64,000 bases of DNA from positions 1-64,000 of the IMG/VR virus record IMGVR_UViG_3300032116_000013; one strand, 5' to 3'. Positions 17,261-26,421 of the stretch are shown here, one piece after another. Under the pieces are notes generated by a model that was not told the origin of the DNA, did not search any database, and saw only the letters and a program-made list of their open reading frames with translations. The first letter of the stretch is position 1. Every line of letters begins with the position of its first letter. Source of the stretch: a virus. Made by a program: the position numbers and the translations under genes.

Positions 17261-17920
17261 ATGAGCACATATTACGAAAACAATAAACATGTAAAATGGA
17301 AATATGATCTAATCAAAGATATTACCGTTAATAGTCAAGTGCACGTGGATCAGGATAGCGCAATATACTCAGGTCCTTTAATTGCTAAAGAAATTTCTGA
17401 CTGCAATTTAGATGCTTTCAGAAAACTATTTTCTTCTAGAGTTAAATCAACTGATGCTATTCTTGAAATAGGTGTTAACAGAATAGAAAAAGATGGCGGC
17501 AGCACTAAAGAAGGTGAAAGTTTTAGTTCAATTATGTTGGAATTGAAGCGCAAAAAGACAAAATACTTTGGTATTGATGTGATTGATAAAACATATTTGA
17601 ATGATATCAGCAACAACGTTCACATCATTCATAATGATTCTTCTAATTACAATACCAATGTTTCTGTTTTGAAAAGTCACGGAGTTGAAATTATAGATTT
17701 ACTGTTTATTGATGGTTGGCACAGTATTATGCAAGTTATTAGAGATTGGGAATATACTAATCTATTGTCAGATCATGGTGTAGTTGTTTTTCATGACACC
17801 AATTATCACCCAGGACCAAGAGAGTTTTGCGCAGCACTCAACAGAGAAATGTGGAACGTAGACTATCACTGCACAAACAATGATGATTGGGGTATTGCAT
17901 TCGTAACTAAAAAACTATGA
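17261..17920 (+). CDS. class I SAM-dependent methyltransferase
   Basis: ILEIGV...FGID...DLLFIDGWH...VVVFHDT. Confidence 0.8.
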   Translation: MSTYYENNKHVKWKYDLIKDITVNSQVHVDQDSAIYSGPLIAKEISDCNLDAFRKLFSSRVKSTDAILEIGVNRIEKDGGSTKEGESFSSIMLELKRKKTKYFGIDVIDKTYLNDISNNVHIIHNDSSNYNTNVSVLKSHGVEIIDLLFIDGWHSIMQVIRDWEYTNLLSDHGVVVFHDTNYHPGPREFCAALNREMWNVDYHCTNNDDWGIAFVTKKL

Positions 17921-18372
17921 GAATAATATCACATCGAGGAAATGTTCAAGGACCAGATCCTGTTTCTGAAAACTCAATTTCTAGTATAGAATTGGCAGTC
18001 AGTCTTGGTTTTGATGTTGAAATAGATTTATGGTTTATAGATGGCAAATTTTTTCTAGGTCATGATGATCCTATCAATGAAGTCTCCGTAGATTTTTTGC
18101 AAAAACATAGCAAACAATTATGGATTCACTGTAAAAATGTTGATGCAGTAGTGGAACTACAAGAACTAAATACTTTGTATAACTACAATTACTTTTGGCA
18201 CGAATCAGATACGATTACTCTAACCAGTAATGGCTACATTTGGGCATATGTAGGCAAGCAGCCAATAAAAAATAGTATCGCAGTTATGCCTGAAAAATTC
18301 CCAGAGCAAGAAATTAAATCATGTTTTGGTATATGCACAGACTTTCCAATAAAATATAGAGAGGCAAATTAA
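17917..18372 (+). CDS. GDPD/PLC-like phosphodiesterase-fold protein
   Basis: IISHRGN...EN...GFDVEIDLW...LGHD...WIHCKN...GICTD. Confidence 0.82.
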   Translation: MRIISHRGNVQGPDPVSENSISSIELAVSLGFDVEIDLWFIDGKFFLGHDDPINEVSVDFLQKHSKQLWIHCKNVDAVVELQELNTLYNYNYFWHESDTITLTSNGYIWAYVGKQPIKNSIAVMPEKFPEQEIKSCFGICTDFPIKYREAN

Positions 18373-19055
18373 TGAACAGAAATCCTTGTATCATTTCAGT
18401 ATACATGCAAAATATTGATCAAAAGACTACTACTCTACAGAAAGCAGTAGTAGATAAATTCAATAAATCAAACATTACCTTTCATCAAGTTATAACTGGC
18501 GGGACTCATGGCGCCACTATGACTCTATTGATGCCTATGTTAGAGCAAATGGGTCATGATGCAGTATTATTTTTAGACGTTGACTGCGTTCCAGTTGATG
18601 ATTCTGCTATTGACTTTATGTTTGAAAACGTATATAACGGTAAACTGATCGGTGACGCGCAAAGAACCAATCATATTGACAATAATCAGCATGTTTTCTG
18701 TGGCGCTCATAATGTTGGATTCACTATGGATTTGTACTCAAGAATCGGTAAGCCATCATTTGAGCCAACTCCTAGAGGCGACGTTGCAGAAGAGTTGACT
18801 TATTTGGCTAGAGAGAATAATATAGACGTACATCTTCTAATGCCATTAAGTTACGATGCTCCTCCTTTAAGAATGGCATGGGAACCACAAAACCTACCAC
18901 CATATTGGTCTTTGGCTGATGGAATGCCTAATTTTGGTATTGGTACAACTTATGGAGAAGGTGATAAACCTTTGTTTTGGCATTGCTGGCAAATTTTCCA
19001 ACCTGGTCAGCAAGAACGTTTTTGGAATAAATGTGAGGAATTATTGAATGGCTAA
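18372..19055 (+). CDS. putative glycosyltransferase (DxD)
   Basis: VLFLDVDCVP; context in glycan operon. Confidence 0.55.
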   Translation: MNRNPCIISVYMQNIDQKTTTLQKAVVDKFNKSNITFHQVITGGTHGATMTLLMPMLEQMGHDAVLFLDVDCVPVDDSAIDFMFENVYNGKLIGDAQRTNHIDNNQHVFCGAHNVGFTMDLYSRIGKPSFEPTPRGDVAEELTYLARENNIDVHLLMPLSYDAPPLRMAWEPQNLPPYWSLADGMPNFGIGTTYGEGDKPLFWHCWQIFQPGQQERFWNKCEELLNG

Positions 19056-19254
19056 TAGATCAGATTTTTTTGGTGCAAAGTTGCCACGCGGATTCAAGCG
19101 CATGCTCGCTATGGAACAAGCGAATGGCTGGGTCAAAGACTCTCATGAGTATGGTAAGGTCAAAAAACTTTTTATTGATGCCCATGCCAGCCATGTGAGA
19201 CATAAACTCAAGCGCAACACTGAAAATAGAGATGCAAGCGAAGCAACTGAATAA
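19048..19254 (+). CDS. small basic hypothetical protein
   Basis: 68 aa, GAGG SD. Confidence 0.65.
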   Translation: MANRSDFFGAKLPRGFKRMLAMEQANGWVKDSHEYGKVKKLFIDAHASHVRHKLKRNTENRDASEATE

Positions 19255-19990
19255 TGTTCTTGGAGTAGATGTTGGTGGTACATTCACTAAAATAGGATTA
19301 GTTGATACTTCAACTGGTGAATGTGAAACGATCTTTAAAATTAAAACGCCCAAAAACGAACATCCTGATGTTTTGTTTAAAAGCATAAAAGAACAAATAT
19401 CAGATCAATATGACGTAATAGGTTTCGGGATACCTTGCATAGTCAAAGAAGGTATCACGAAAACTGCACCTAATATTGGTAAAGAATGGTATGGATTAAA
19501 CATCAAGCAGTTAGCAACAGAATATTTTGGTGTTAACTGCGAAGTGTTAAATGATGCTGATGCTGCCGCGATGGCTGAAATAAAATTTGGTGCTATTAAA
19601 AATCTTCCAGGAGTTACGGTATTTTTAACTTTTGGAACTGGGATAGGAACTGCAATCTATCACAATAATTCACTATTGTTAAACACTGAATTCGGAAGAA
19701 TGGCATTACCTAACGGAATAGATAATGCCGAACTAATTGCATCAGCACTTTTGATAGAAAAGATGAATTTAACTTGGGAAGAATACGCTGAAAGAGTTAA
19801 TTTGTATCTAGAAGAAATCAATAAATGCTTTTGGCCAGATAATATTGTAATTGGTGGAGGAATAAGCGACGCTTGGGATCAATGGCATAAGTATTTAATT
19901 TCTCCGAGTAAAATTTATAAAGCAAAATATGGAAACAGTGCAGGAGTAATAGGTTCTGCAATATACGCTAGGAGTTGTTTAGATGAATAG
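19232..19990 (+). CDS. ppgK: ROK-family kinase, polyphosphate glucokinase-like
   Basis: GVDVGGTFTK, GFGIP, NDADAAAMAE, TFGTGIG, NTEFG, IVIGGGIS, AGVIGSA; lacks ROK Cys cluster as PPGKs do. Confidence 0.75.
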   Translation: MQAKQLNNVLGVDVGGTFTKIGLVDTSTGECETIFKIKTPKNEHPDVLFKSIKEQISDQYDVIGFGIPCIVKEGITKTAPNIGKEWYGLNIKQLATEYFGVNCEVLNDADAAAMAEIKFGAIKNLPGVTVFLTFGTGIGTAIYHNNSLLLNTEFGRMALPNGIDNAELIASALLIEKMNLTWEEYAERVNLYLEEINKCFWPDNIVIGGGISDAWDQWHKYLISPSKIYKAKYGNSAGVIGSAIYARSCLDE

Positions 19991-20246
19991 TCTATCTGAA
20001 TTAAAAGAATTCTTAGTTTCAAAAGAAATTCATATTAAAGAGTTCAATGGTTGGAGTTTAAAAGTTGGTAAGGATGTATGGACAATGACAAGTGGTGAAT
20101 ATTATAAGAATGGAATTGTCCAAAACATGAAAGATAAAAATCTATTTAAATCATACGAGAGGATGAAACAAAATGTCGAACATCAAAGCACTAAAACTAG
20201 GAAGTGGCGAGGAATTAGTTGTAGAAGTAGTAGAGCAGACAGATGA
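19983..20246 (+). CDS. hypothetical protein
   Basis: 87 aa, GGAG SD; tail overlaps next gene. Confidence 0.6.
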   Translation: MNSLSELKEFLVSKEIHIKEFNGWSLKVGKDVWTMTSGEYYKNGIVQNMKDKNLFKSYERMKQNVEHQSTKTRKWRGISCRSSRADR

Positions 20247-20469
20247 ATATCTAGTCGTTAAGAACGCAGTTGCATGCATGATGCAGCGCAGCGAGAAGGG
20301 TCCAGTTCTTGGATTTATTCCTTGGATGCAAGCAGCAGACGGTGACTTGTCGATCAAGAATTCTTGTGTTGTTATCGTTGCAGAAGTTGCCCAAGAAGTG
20401 AAAAACGGGTATAATCAAATCTTTGGAGCAGGACTTGTAGTTCCTCCACAGCAATTGATTACGGGGTAA
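20173..20469 (+). CDS. Sm-like T4-family conserved protein
   Basis: IKALKLGSGEELVVEV...LGFIPW...YNQIFGAGLVVP; typical position before gp43. Confidence 0.7.
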   Translation: MSNIKALKLGSGEELVVEVVEQTDEYLVVKNAVACMMQRSEKGPVLGFIPWMQAADGDLSIKNSCVVIVAEVAQEVKNGYNQIFGAGLVVPPQQLITG

Positions 20470-20472
20470 TTC

Positions 20473-23013
20473 TTGGCAGACTTTTACACCAACGTCAGCG
20501 TTTCTGGTAAGTATATTCTTCTCAGAGGCGTTGAAAATGATAAGAGGGTCAGACGGAAGGTCGAATTCCGTCCGACCTTTTTTCTTTCCAGCCAGGAGAA
20601 GTCTGAATATACAACTCTTGCTGGAGAGTATGTAAAGCCCATTGAACCAGGAACCATTCCTGAGTGCCGCGAATTCTTGGAGAGGTACAAAAGTGTCGAC
20701 AATTTTCCTGTTTACGGGAATAATCGTTTTGAGTATTCTTATATTGCTGACGAGTATCCTGACGATATCCTTTGGGATATTAGTAAAATTTGCATTGCCT
20801 ATGTTGACATCGAAGTCGGATCTGAAAATGGATTCCCAGAACCCAGAGACGCTAACGAATCAATCACAGCAATCACTCTCAAGATCAAAGGTAATTATTT
20901 TGTGTTTGGTGTCGGCGATTATAGCAAGCACCGTGACGACGTGCACTATGCAAAGTGTCGAGATGAATCAGACCTTATACGAAGATTCCTTGACCTGTGG
21001 GCAAGATTCCACCCCGATATTGTAAGCGGATGGAACATCAAGACATTCGATATTCCATATCTTGTAAATCGAATCGTCAAGATCTTTGGTGAAGCAGAAG
21101 CCAAGAAGTTGTCTCCTTGGAATCGTATTTCAGAACGCAACGTCACGTTCATGGGTCGTGAACATCAGATCTTCGAGATTGATGGTGTTGCAACTCTAGA
21201 CTATCTGGAATTGTACAAGAAGTTTACATATTCGCAGCAAGAGTCATATCGCCTAGATCACATTGCAAATATTGAACTTGGCGAAAAGAAGTTAGATTAT
21301 TCTGAGTATGAAAATCTACATGAGTTGTACAAGCAAGATTATCAAAAGTTTATTGAGTATAACGTCAAGGACGTAGAACTTGTCGAGAAACTTGAAGACA
21401 AGATGAAACTTCTTGAGTTGGCATTGACTCTTGCGTATGATAACAAAGTAAATTATGATGACGTCTTCACGCAAGTGCGCATGTGGGATTCAATTGTCTA
21501 TAATCACCTAAAGAAAAAAAATATTGTAATCCCACAGATGAAGAAATCATCTAAAGAATCTGCATATGAAGGCGCATATGTAAAAGATCCAATTATGGGA
21601 ATGCATGAGTGGGTTGCTTCGTTTGACTTGAACAGTCTGTATCCGCATTTGATTATGCAATACAATATTTCGATGGAAACTCTCATTGAGCCAGCAAAAT
21701 ATAATGATAACATGCGTGGGTTTATTTCGAACAATGAAATCAATGTCGAAAACCTACTCAATCAAACTATTGATACGAGCATTTTAAAAGAACTGAACGT
21801 AAGCGCAACGCCAAATGGGCAATTGTTTACGAACAAGTTTCAGGGTGTCATGCCTGAGATTATGGATAGCATGTACAAAGATCGTACACGCTATAAGAAG
21901 TTGGCTATTGAAGCCAAAAAGAAAATTGAAACTGTTCTTGAGGATAAGAATCAAGTAGAATACTTGGAGAAACAAATTGCACGATATAATAATCTGCAGT
22001 TGGCGAAAAAGGTTACGCTGAATTCTGCTTACGGTGCGATGGGTAACCAATACTTCCGTTTCTTCGATACTCGGATGGCTGAGGGGATTACTACAGCAGG
22101 TCAGTTGTCGATTCGTTGGATTGAGAAGAAGATCAATGAGTATATGAACACTCTTCTCAAGACGCAAGATGGAGACTATGTCATCGCTTCTGATACTGAC
22201 TCGATCTATCTGAACATGGGTCCGCTGGTCAAGAAACTCTATCCAAATGTTTCTGAAACGAAGAAAGTCATTGACTTCATGGATAAGGTTTGCGATCAGA
22301 AGATTCAGCCATTCATTGACAAGTCTTATGGTGAACTTGCTGAATATTTGAATTGTTATCAACAGCGCATGGAAATGAAACGTGAGTCTTTGGCTGACAA
22401 GGCTATATGGGTCGCGAAAAAGAACTATGTGCTGAACGTGTACAACAGCGAAGGTGTTGCATACGCAAAACCCAAACTCAAGATGATGGGTATTTCCGCT
22501 ATTCGTTCTTCAACTCCTGCTATTTGCAGAGCGAAGATCAAAGAAGCAATCAATATCATCATCACAAAAGATGAGAGCACACTTCACAAGTTTATTGAAG
22601 AGTTCCGAGAAGAATTTAAAAAGTTGCCTGTAGAAGATATCTCATTTCCAAGAAGCGTCAATGGTCTTGTACAATACGCTGATGTTGCAAACATCTTTAA
22701 GTTCAAAACACCAATTCACACCAAAGGTGCTCTTGTATACAATCATTTCTTGCGAGAATTAAAATTAACAAAGAGATACCAATTGATCAAAGAAGGTGAA
22801 AAAATTAAATATGTGTATTTAAAGCAACCAAATATCTTCAACAATAACACTCTTGCGTTTCTTTCTGTTTTACCTAAACAATTTGACGCAGAACAGTACA
22901 TAGATTATGATTTGCAGTTCGAGAAGACATTCTTGGAGCCACTAGAGATCATTCTCAATCCTATCAATTGGACTTCACACCAAGTCGAAACACTTGATTG
23001 CTTTTTTTCATAA
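20473..23013 (+). CDS. gp43: family B DNA polymerase
   Basis: Exo DIEV, GWN...FDIPY; Pol SFDLNSLYP, KVTLNSAYG, SDTDS; TTG start; uninterrupted. Confidence 0.98.
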   Translation: MADFYTNVSVSGKYILLRGVENDKRVRRKVEFRPTFFLSSQEKSEYTTLAGEYVKPIEPGTIPECREFLERYKSVDNFPVYGNNRFEYSYIADEYPDDILWDISKICIAYVDIEVGSENGFPEPRDANESITAITLKIKGNYFVFGVGDYSKHRDDVHYAKCRDESDLIRRFLDLWARFHPDIVSGWNIKTFDIPYLVNRIVKIFGEAEAKKLSPWNRISERNVTFMGREHQIFEIDGVATLDYLELYKKFTYSQQESYRLDHIANIELGEKKLDYSEYENLHELYKQDYQKFIEYNVKDVELVEKLEDKMKLLELALTLAYDNKVNYDDVFTQVRMWDSIVYNHLKKKNIVIPQMKKSSKESAYEGAYVKDPIMGMHEWVASFDLNSLYPHLIMQYNISMETLIEPAKYNDNMRGFISNNEINVENLLNQTIDTSILKELNVSATPNGQLFTNKFQGVMPEIMDSMYKDRTRYKKLAIEAKKKIETVLEDKNQVEYLEKQIARYNNLQLAKKVTLNSAYGAMGNQYFRFFDTRMAEGITTAGQLSIRWIEKKINEYMNTLLKTQDGDYVIASDTDSIYLNMGPLVKKLYPNVSETKKVIDFMDKVCDQKIQPFIDKSYGELAEYLNCYQQRMEMKRESLADKAIWVAKKNYVLNVYNSEGVAYAKPKLKMMGISAIRSSTPAICRAKIKEAINIIITKDESTLHKFIEEFREEFKKLPVEDISFPRSVNGLVQYADVANIFKFKTPIHTKGALVYNHFLRELKLTKRYQLIKEGEKIKYVYLKQPNIFNNNTLAFLSVLPKQFDAEQYIDYDLQFEKTFLEPLEIILNPINWTSHQVETLDCFFS

Positions 23014-23026
23014 AATAATATACAAT
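22998..23026 (+). promoter_or_regulatory. sigma70-type promoter upstream of uvsX
   Basis: TTGCTT(22998-23003)-17-TACAAT(23021-26). Confidence 0.65.
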
Positions 23027-23054
23027 ATATACATCGCCAAACGGAGATACAAAT

Positions 23055-24110
23055 ATGAGCCTACTCGAAAAACTCAAGAAAAATTCTACGATCAAGGACA
23101 CCGCTATTCTTGCGAAGTCCAAGTTCTTTGCCGCCAAGGATATGATTCAGACCAGCATCCCTGTAGTGAATGTTGCGTTCTCTGGTGATCTTGACGGCGG
23201 TTTCACTCCTGGTCTTACGATGTGGGCTGGTCCGTCGAAGCACTTCAAGACCGCATTTAGTCTTTTGATGGCGAAAGCCTATCAAGACAAGTACCCTGAT
23301 TCAGTAGTTTTGTTCTATGACTCGGAGTTTGGTACTCCGCAAAACTATTTCACGTCATTCGGAATTGATACAGATCGCGTTGTTCATACGCCAATCACAG
23401 ACGTTGAACAATTAAAATTTGATATTATGTCGCAATTGAGCAATATTGAGCGTGGTGATCGTATTATGATCGTCGTTGACTCAATCGGCAATCTTGCGTC
23501 AAAGAAGGAAGTTGAAGATGCCCTTGAGCAAAAGTCAGTCGGTGACATGACTCGCGCCAAGCAAATAAAATCCCTGTTCCGTATGGTGACGCCTCACCTC
23601 ACCCTGAAGGACATTCCTATGGTTGTTGTAAATCATACCTATAAAGAGATCGGTATGTTTCCCAAGGATATTGTCGGTGGCGGAACAGGTTCCTATTACT
23701 CAGCCGATAACATCTACATTCTTGGACGTCAACAAGAAAAGGATGGTGCAGAACTAATCGGTTACAACTTTATTATCAATGTTGAGAAGTCGCGTTATGT
23801 CAGAGAAAAAGCCAAGATTCCTGTTACTGTACGTTTCGATGGTGGCATTTCTCGTTACAGTGGCTTACTTGATATGGCTCTTGAATCTGGTCATGTAACG
23901 AAGCCAAACGTTGGCTGGTATGCCAAGGTAAACACTACCACTGGTGAAGTTGATAGCAAGAAGTGGCGCATGGCTGATACTGAGTGCGCTGAATTCTGGG
24001 ATAGCATTCTTTCCAGCGAAAGTTTCAAGCAGTGGGTTCGCGATAATTACCAGTTCAGTTCAGCGATTGCTGGCAATGCAGTAAGCGTAGATAGTGACGA
24101 TGAAGAATAA
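23055..24110 (+). CDS. uvsX: RecA-like recombinase UvsX
   Basis: AGPSKHFKT, FYDSEFG, DSIGNLASKKEVED, VGGGTG. Confidence 0.97.
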   Translation: MSLLEKLKKNSTIKDTAILAKSKFFAAKDMIQTSIPVVNVAFSGDLDGGFTPGLTMWAGPSKHFKTAFSLLMAKAYQDKYPDSVVLFYDSEFGTPQNYFTSFGIDTDRVVHTPITDVEQLKFDIMSQLSNIERGDRIMIVVDSIGNLASKKEVEDALEQKSVGDMTRAKQIKSLFRMVTPHLTLKDIPMVVVNHTYKEIGMFPKDIVGGGTGSYYSADNIYILGRQQEKDGAELIGYNFIINVEKSRYVREKAKIPVTVRFDGGISRYSGLLDMALESGHVTKPNVGWYAKVNTTTGEVDSKKWRMADTECAEFWDSILSSESFKQWVRDNYQFSSAIAGNAVSVDSDDEE

Positions 24111-24609
24111 AATTTTAGATCTCATTGCTAAAATTGAATTTTGGTACGCAGTCAAGCGAATCAAACTCGACAAGCACTACACGTTTTTCTTTGATCTTGC
24201 TGGTGAACCTGGTACGTTCGCAGTCAAACTTCTCAGAAAATATGATGGTGTGATTGTCGAGTATTCAAATATTCGTGTTGGTGAAAATAATCTATTAACT
24301 TTTGACATTGATGTTATTTCAAATGTGAACAATTGTGATGTAAAGTCAAAGGCATTCAACCGATTTACTTCTAACATTATGCGTAATATAATTACTAACT
24401 CTATCGAAACAGCGAAAAGGGAAAAGAATGAAAACGGAAACACTGATCTTGTCGAATCTGATTCGGAACGAACAATTCATGAGGAAGTCGTTGCCGTTTC
24501 TGAAAAGCGAGTACCTGAGCGAAAGCCACGAAAGAAAACTGTTCGAAGAAATAAAGCAGTTCATTCTCAAGTACAACAGTCCGCCGCCGATAGCAGCACT
24601 GGAGATTAG
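24100..24609 (+). CDS. hypothetical protein at the gp40 position
   Basis: between uvsX and gp41; last ~60 codons overlap gp41 out of frame. Confidence 0.6.
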   Translation: MKNKILDLIAKIEFWYAVKRIKLDKHYTFFFDLAGEPGTFAVKLLRKYDGVIVEYSNIRVGENNLLTFDIDVISNVNNCDVKSKAFNRFTSNIMRNIITNSIETAKREKNENGNTDLVESDSERTIHEEVVAVSEKRVPERKPRKKTVRRNKAVHSQVQQSAADSSTGD

Positions 24610-25807
24610 TCTCAAGGAATCTACAAAACTTACTGAGACCGAAGTCACTAAATCGCTTGAGTTACTAAAGGAAGTTGCAGTTGACAAATCCGAACAAAAA
24701 CTCGAATGGCTTCTTGACACGACCGAAAAGTTTTGTCAAGAAAAGGCTATCTACAATGCTATCATGGATTCCATTCAGATCCTGGACGGAAAAGATCAAA
24801 ATCGCGGCAAAGGAAGCATTCCTACTTTGCTTTCTGATGCTTTGGGCGTTAGTTTCGATCCTAATATTGGTCACGACTTTTTGGATAATTACGCTGATCG
24901 GTACGATTTCTATCATCGCATCGAAAAAAGAATCCCGTTTGATCTTGAATACTTCAACAAGATCACTAAAGGAGGACTTCCGCAAAAGACCCTTAATATT
25001 GCTCTTGCAGGTACTGGCGTCGGTAAGTCTCTTTTCATGTGTCATGTGGCTGCTTCTTGCCTGACGCAAAATTATAATGTTCTATACATCACGCTAGAAA
25101 TGGCTGAAGAGAAGATCGCTGAACGTATTGACGCGAATCTTCTAAACGTATCCCTTGATGATCTAATGAACATGCCGAAAGACATGTATGAAAAGCGCAT
25201 GGGCAAACTGAAGGAGCGTGTAAAGGGTAAACTCATCATCAAAGAATATCCGACCGCTTCGGCAAATCCAGCACACTTCCGTGCATTGATCAATGAACTT
25301 GCGTTGAAAAAGAACTTCCGTCCAGATATTATTTTCATCGACTACCTAAATATTTGCGCATCCGCACGAATCAAGGCTGGCGCGAATGTCAATTCCTACA
25401 CTTACATCAAAGCGATCGCCGAAGAACTGCGCGGACTTGCCGTTGAAAACAACGTGCCGATTGTCTCCGCAACTCAAACGACACGTTCGGGCTTTTCGAA
25501 CTCAGATCCTGGTCTGGAAGATACTTCAGAGTCTTTTGGTTTGCCTGCTACTGCTGATTTTATGTTTGCATTGGTGAGCACAGAAGAACTGCAGCAGTTG
25601 AATCAGTTGCTCGTGAAGCAGTTGAAGAATCGTTACAATGATCCGAATTTGCATAAAAGGTTTACTATTGGAGTAGATCGCGGTAAAATGAAACTCTATG
25701 ATCTTGAACAAAAAGCGCAAGATGCAGTCATGAAGGAAGCGGAATCAAAGCCTGTGTTCGATCGCGGTCGCAGCAGCACAGATAAATTCAAGAATCTCAA
25801 AGTGTAA
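24428..25807 (+). CDS. gp41: replicative DnaB-like helicase
   Basis: AGTGVGKS, YITLEMAE, IDYLNI, ATQTTRSG, QLKNRY. Confidence 0.97.
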   Translation: MKTETLILSNLIRNEQFMRKSLPFLKSEYLSESHERKLFEEIKQFILKYNSPPPIAALEISLKESTKLTETEVTKSLELLKEVAVDKSEQKLEWLLDTTEKFCQEKAIYNAIMDSIQILDGKDQNRGKGSIPTLLSDALGVSFDPNIGHDFLDNYADRYDFYHRIEKRIPFDLEYFNKITKGGLPQKTLNIALAGTGVGKSLFMCHVAASCLTQNYNVLYITLEMAEEKIAERIDANLLNVSLDDLMNMPKDMYEKRMGKLKERVKGKLIIKEYPTASANPAHFRALINELALKKNFRPDIIFIDYLNICASARIKAGANVNSYTYIKAIAEELRGLAVENNVPIVSATQTTRSGFSNSDPGLEDTSESFGLPATADFMFALVSTEELQQLNQLLVKQLKNRYNDPNLHKRFTIGVDRGKMKLYDLEQKAQDAVMKEAESKPVFDRGRSSTDKFKNLKV

Positions 25808-26421
25808 TGCAACTTCAGCGAATTGAGAAGAAGGTCTATGCTCTTGCCGAAGATTGGGTTGGTGAAAAGAGCGTACCTTCTATCATTCGTAGTTTGAATC
25901 GAACATTCAATCGAAACATTGTTACTTTTGGCTCTGATAGATTTGACTCTGAGTATTATAAGGATCATAATATTATTGTCAGCGGTCATTATTGCAATCG
26001 TATTTCAGACTTTATTCCTGAGCACATCTTCATCAAGTTGAGTTTCCCGAAAGACTCTAAGAAGGCAATTATAACTGAGAAGGGTGCGGTGAATCTGGCT
26101 GTGAAGATCATTCGAGCCATTCATCATGAGTATCGGCACAAGTATCAGCAAAAAGGTCGTCCATTGCTTTTGCAAAAAGAATACAAGCCGAAGCCGAAGC
26201 AGAACAAGTTGAAGGCTATGTACTATGGCAATCCCGACGAACTGGATGCTCATGCATACGAAACACAGGCTGAGAAACTGAATATAAATAAATTACGAAA
26301 AGCGCATAAGATCAGTTGGCGCGAGTGTGAGGCGATCTTTATGTATCGCCAAACTTTTCGTAAACAGGACCCTAAAATTTGGAATAAATTTTTGAAGAAG
26401 GTTTATAAAAATAATTTATGA
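25807..26421 (+). CDS. hypothetical protein with HExxH zincin motif
   Basis: IHHEYRHKYQ and downstream DELDAHA. Confidence 0.6.
   Translation: MQLQRIEKKVYALAEDWVGEKSVPSIIRSLNRTFNRNIVTFGSDRFDSEYYKDHNIIVSGHYCNRISDFIPEHIFIKLSFPKDSKKAIITEKGAVNLAVKIIRAIHHEYRHKYQQKGRPLLLQKEYKPKPKQNKLKAMYYGNPDELDAHAYETQAEKLNINKLRKAHKISWRECEAIFMYRQTFRKQDPKIWNKFLKKVYKNNL
26283..26290 (+). promoter_or_regulatory. T4-type late promoter upstream of rml genes
   Basis: exact TATAAATA 128 nt before rmlB start. Confidence 0.55.
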
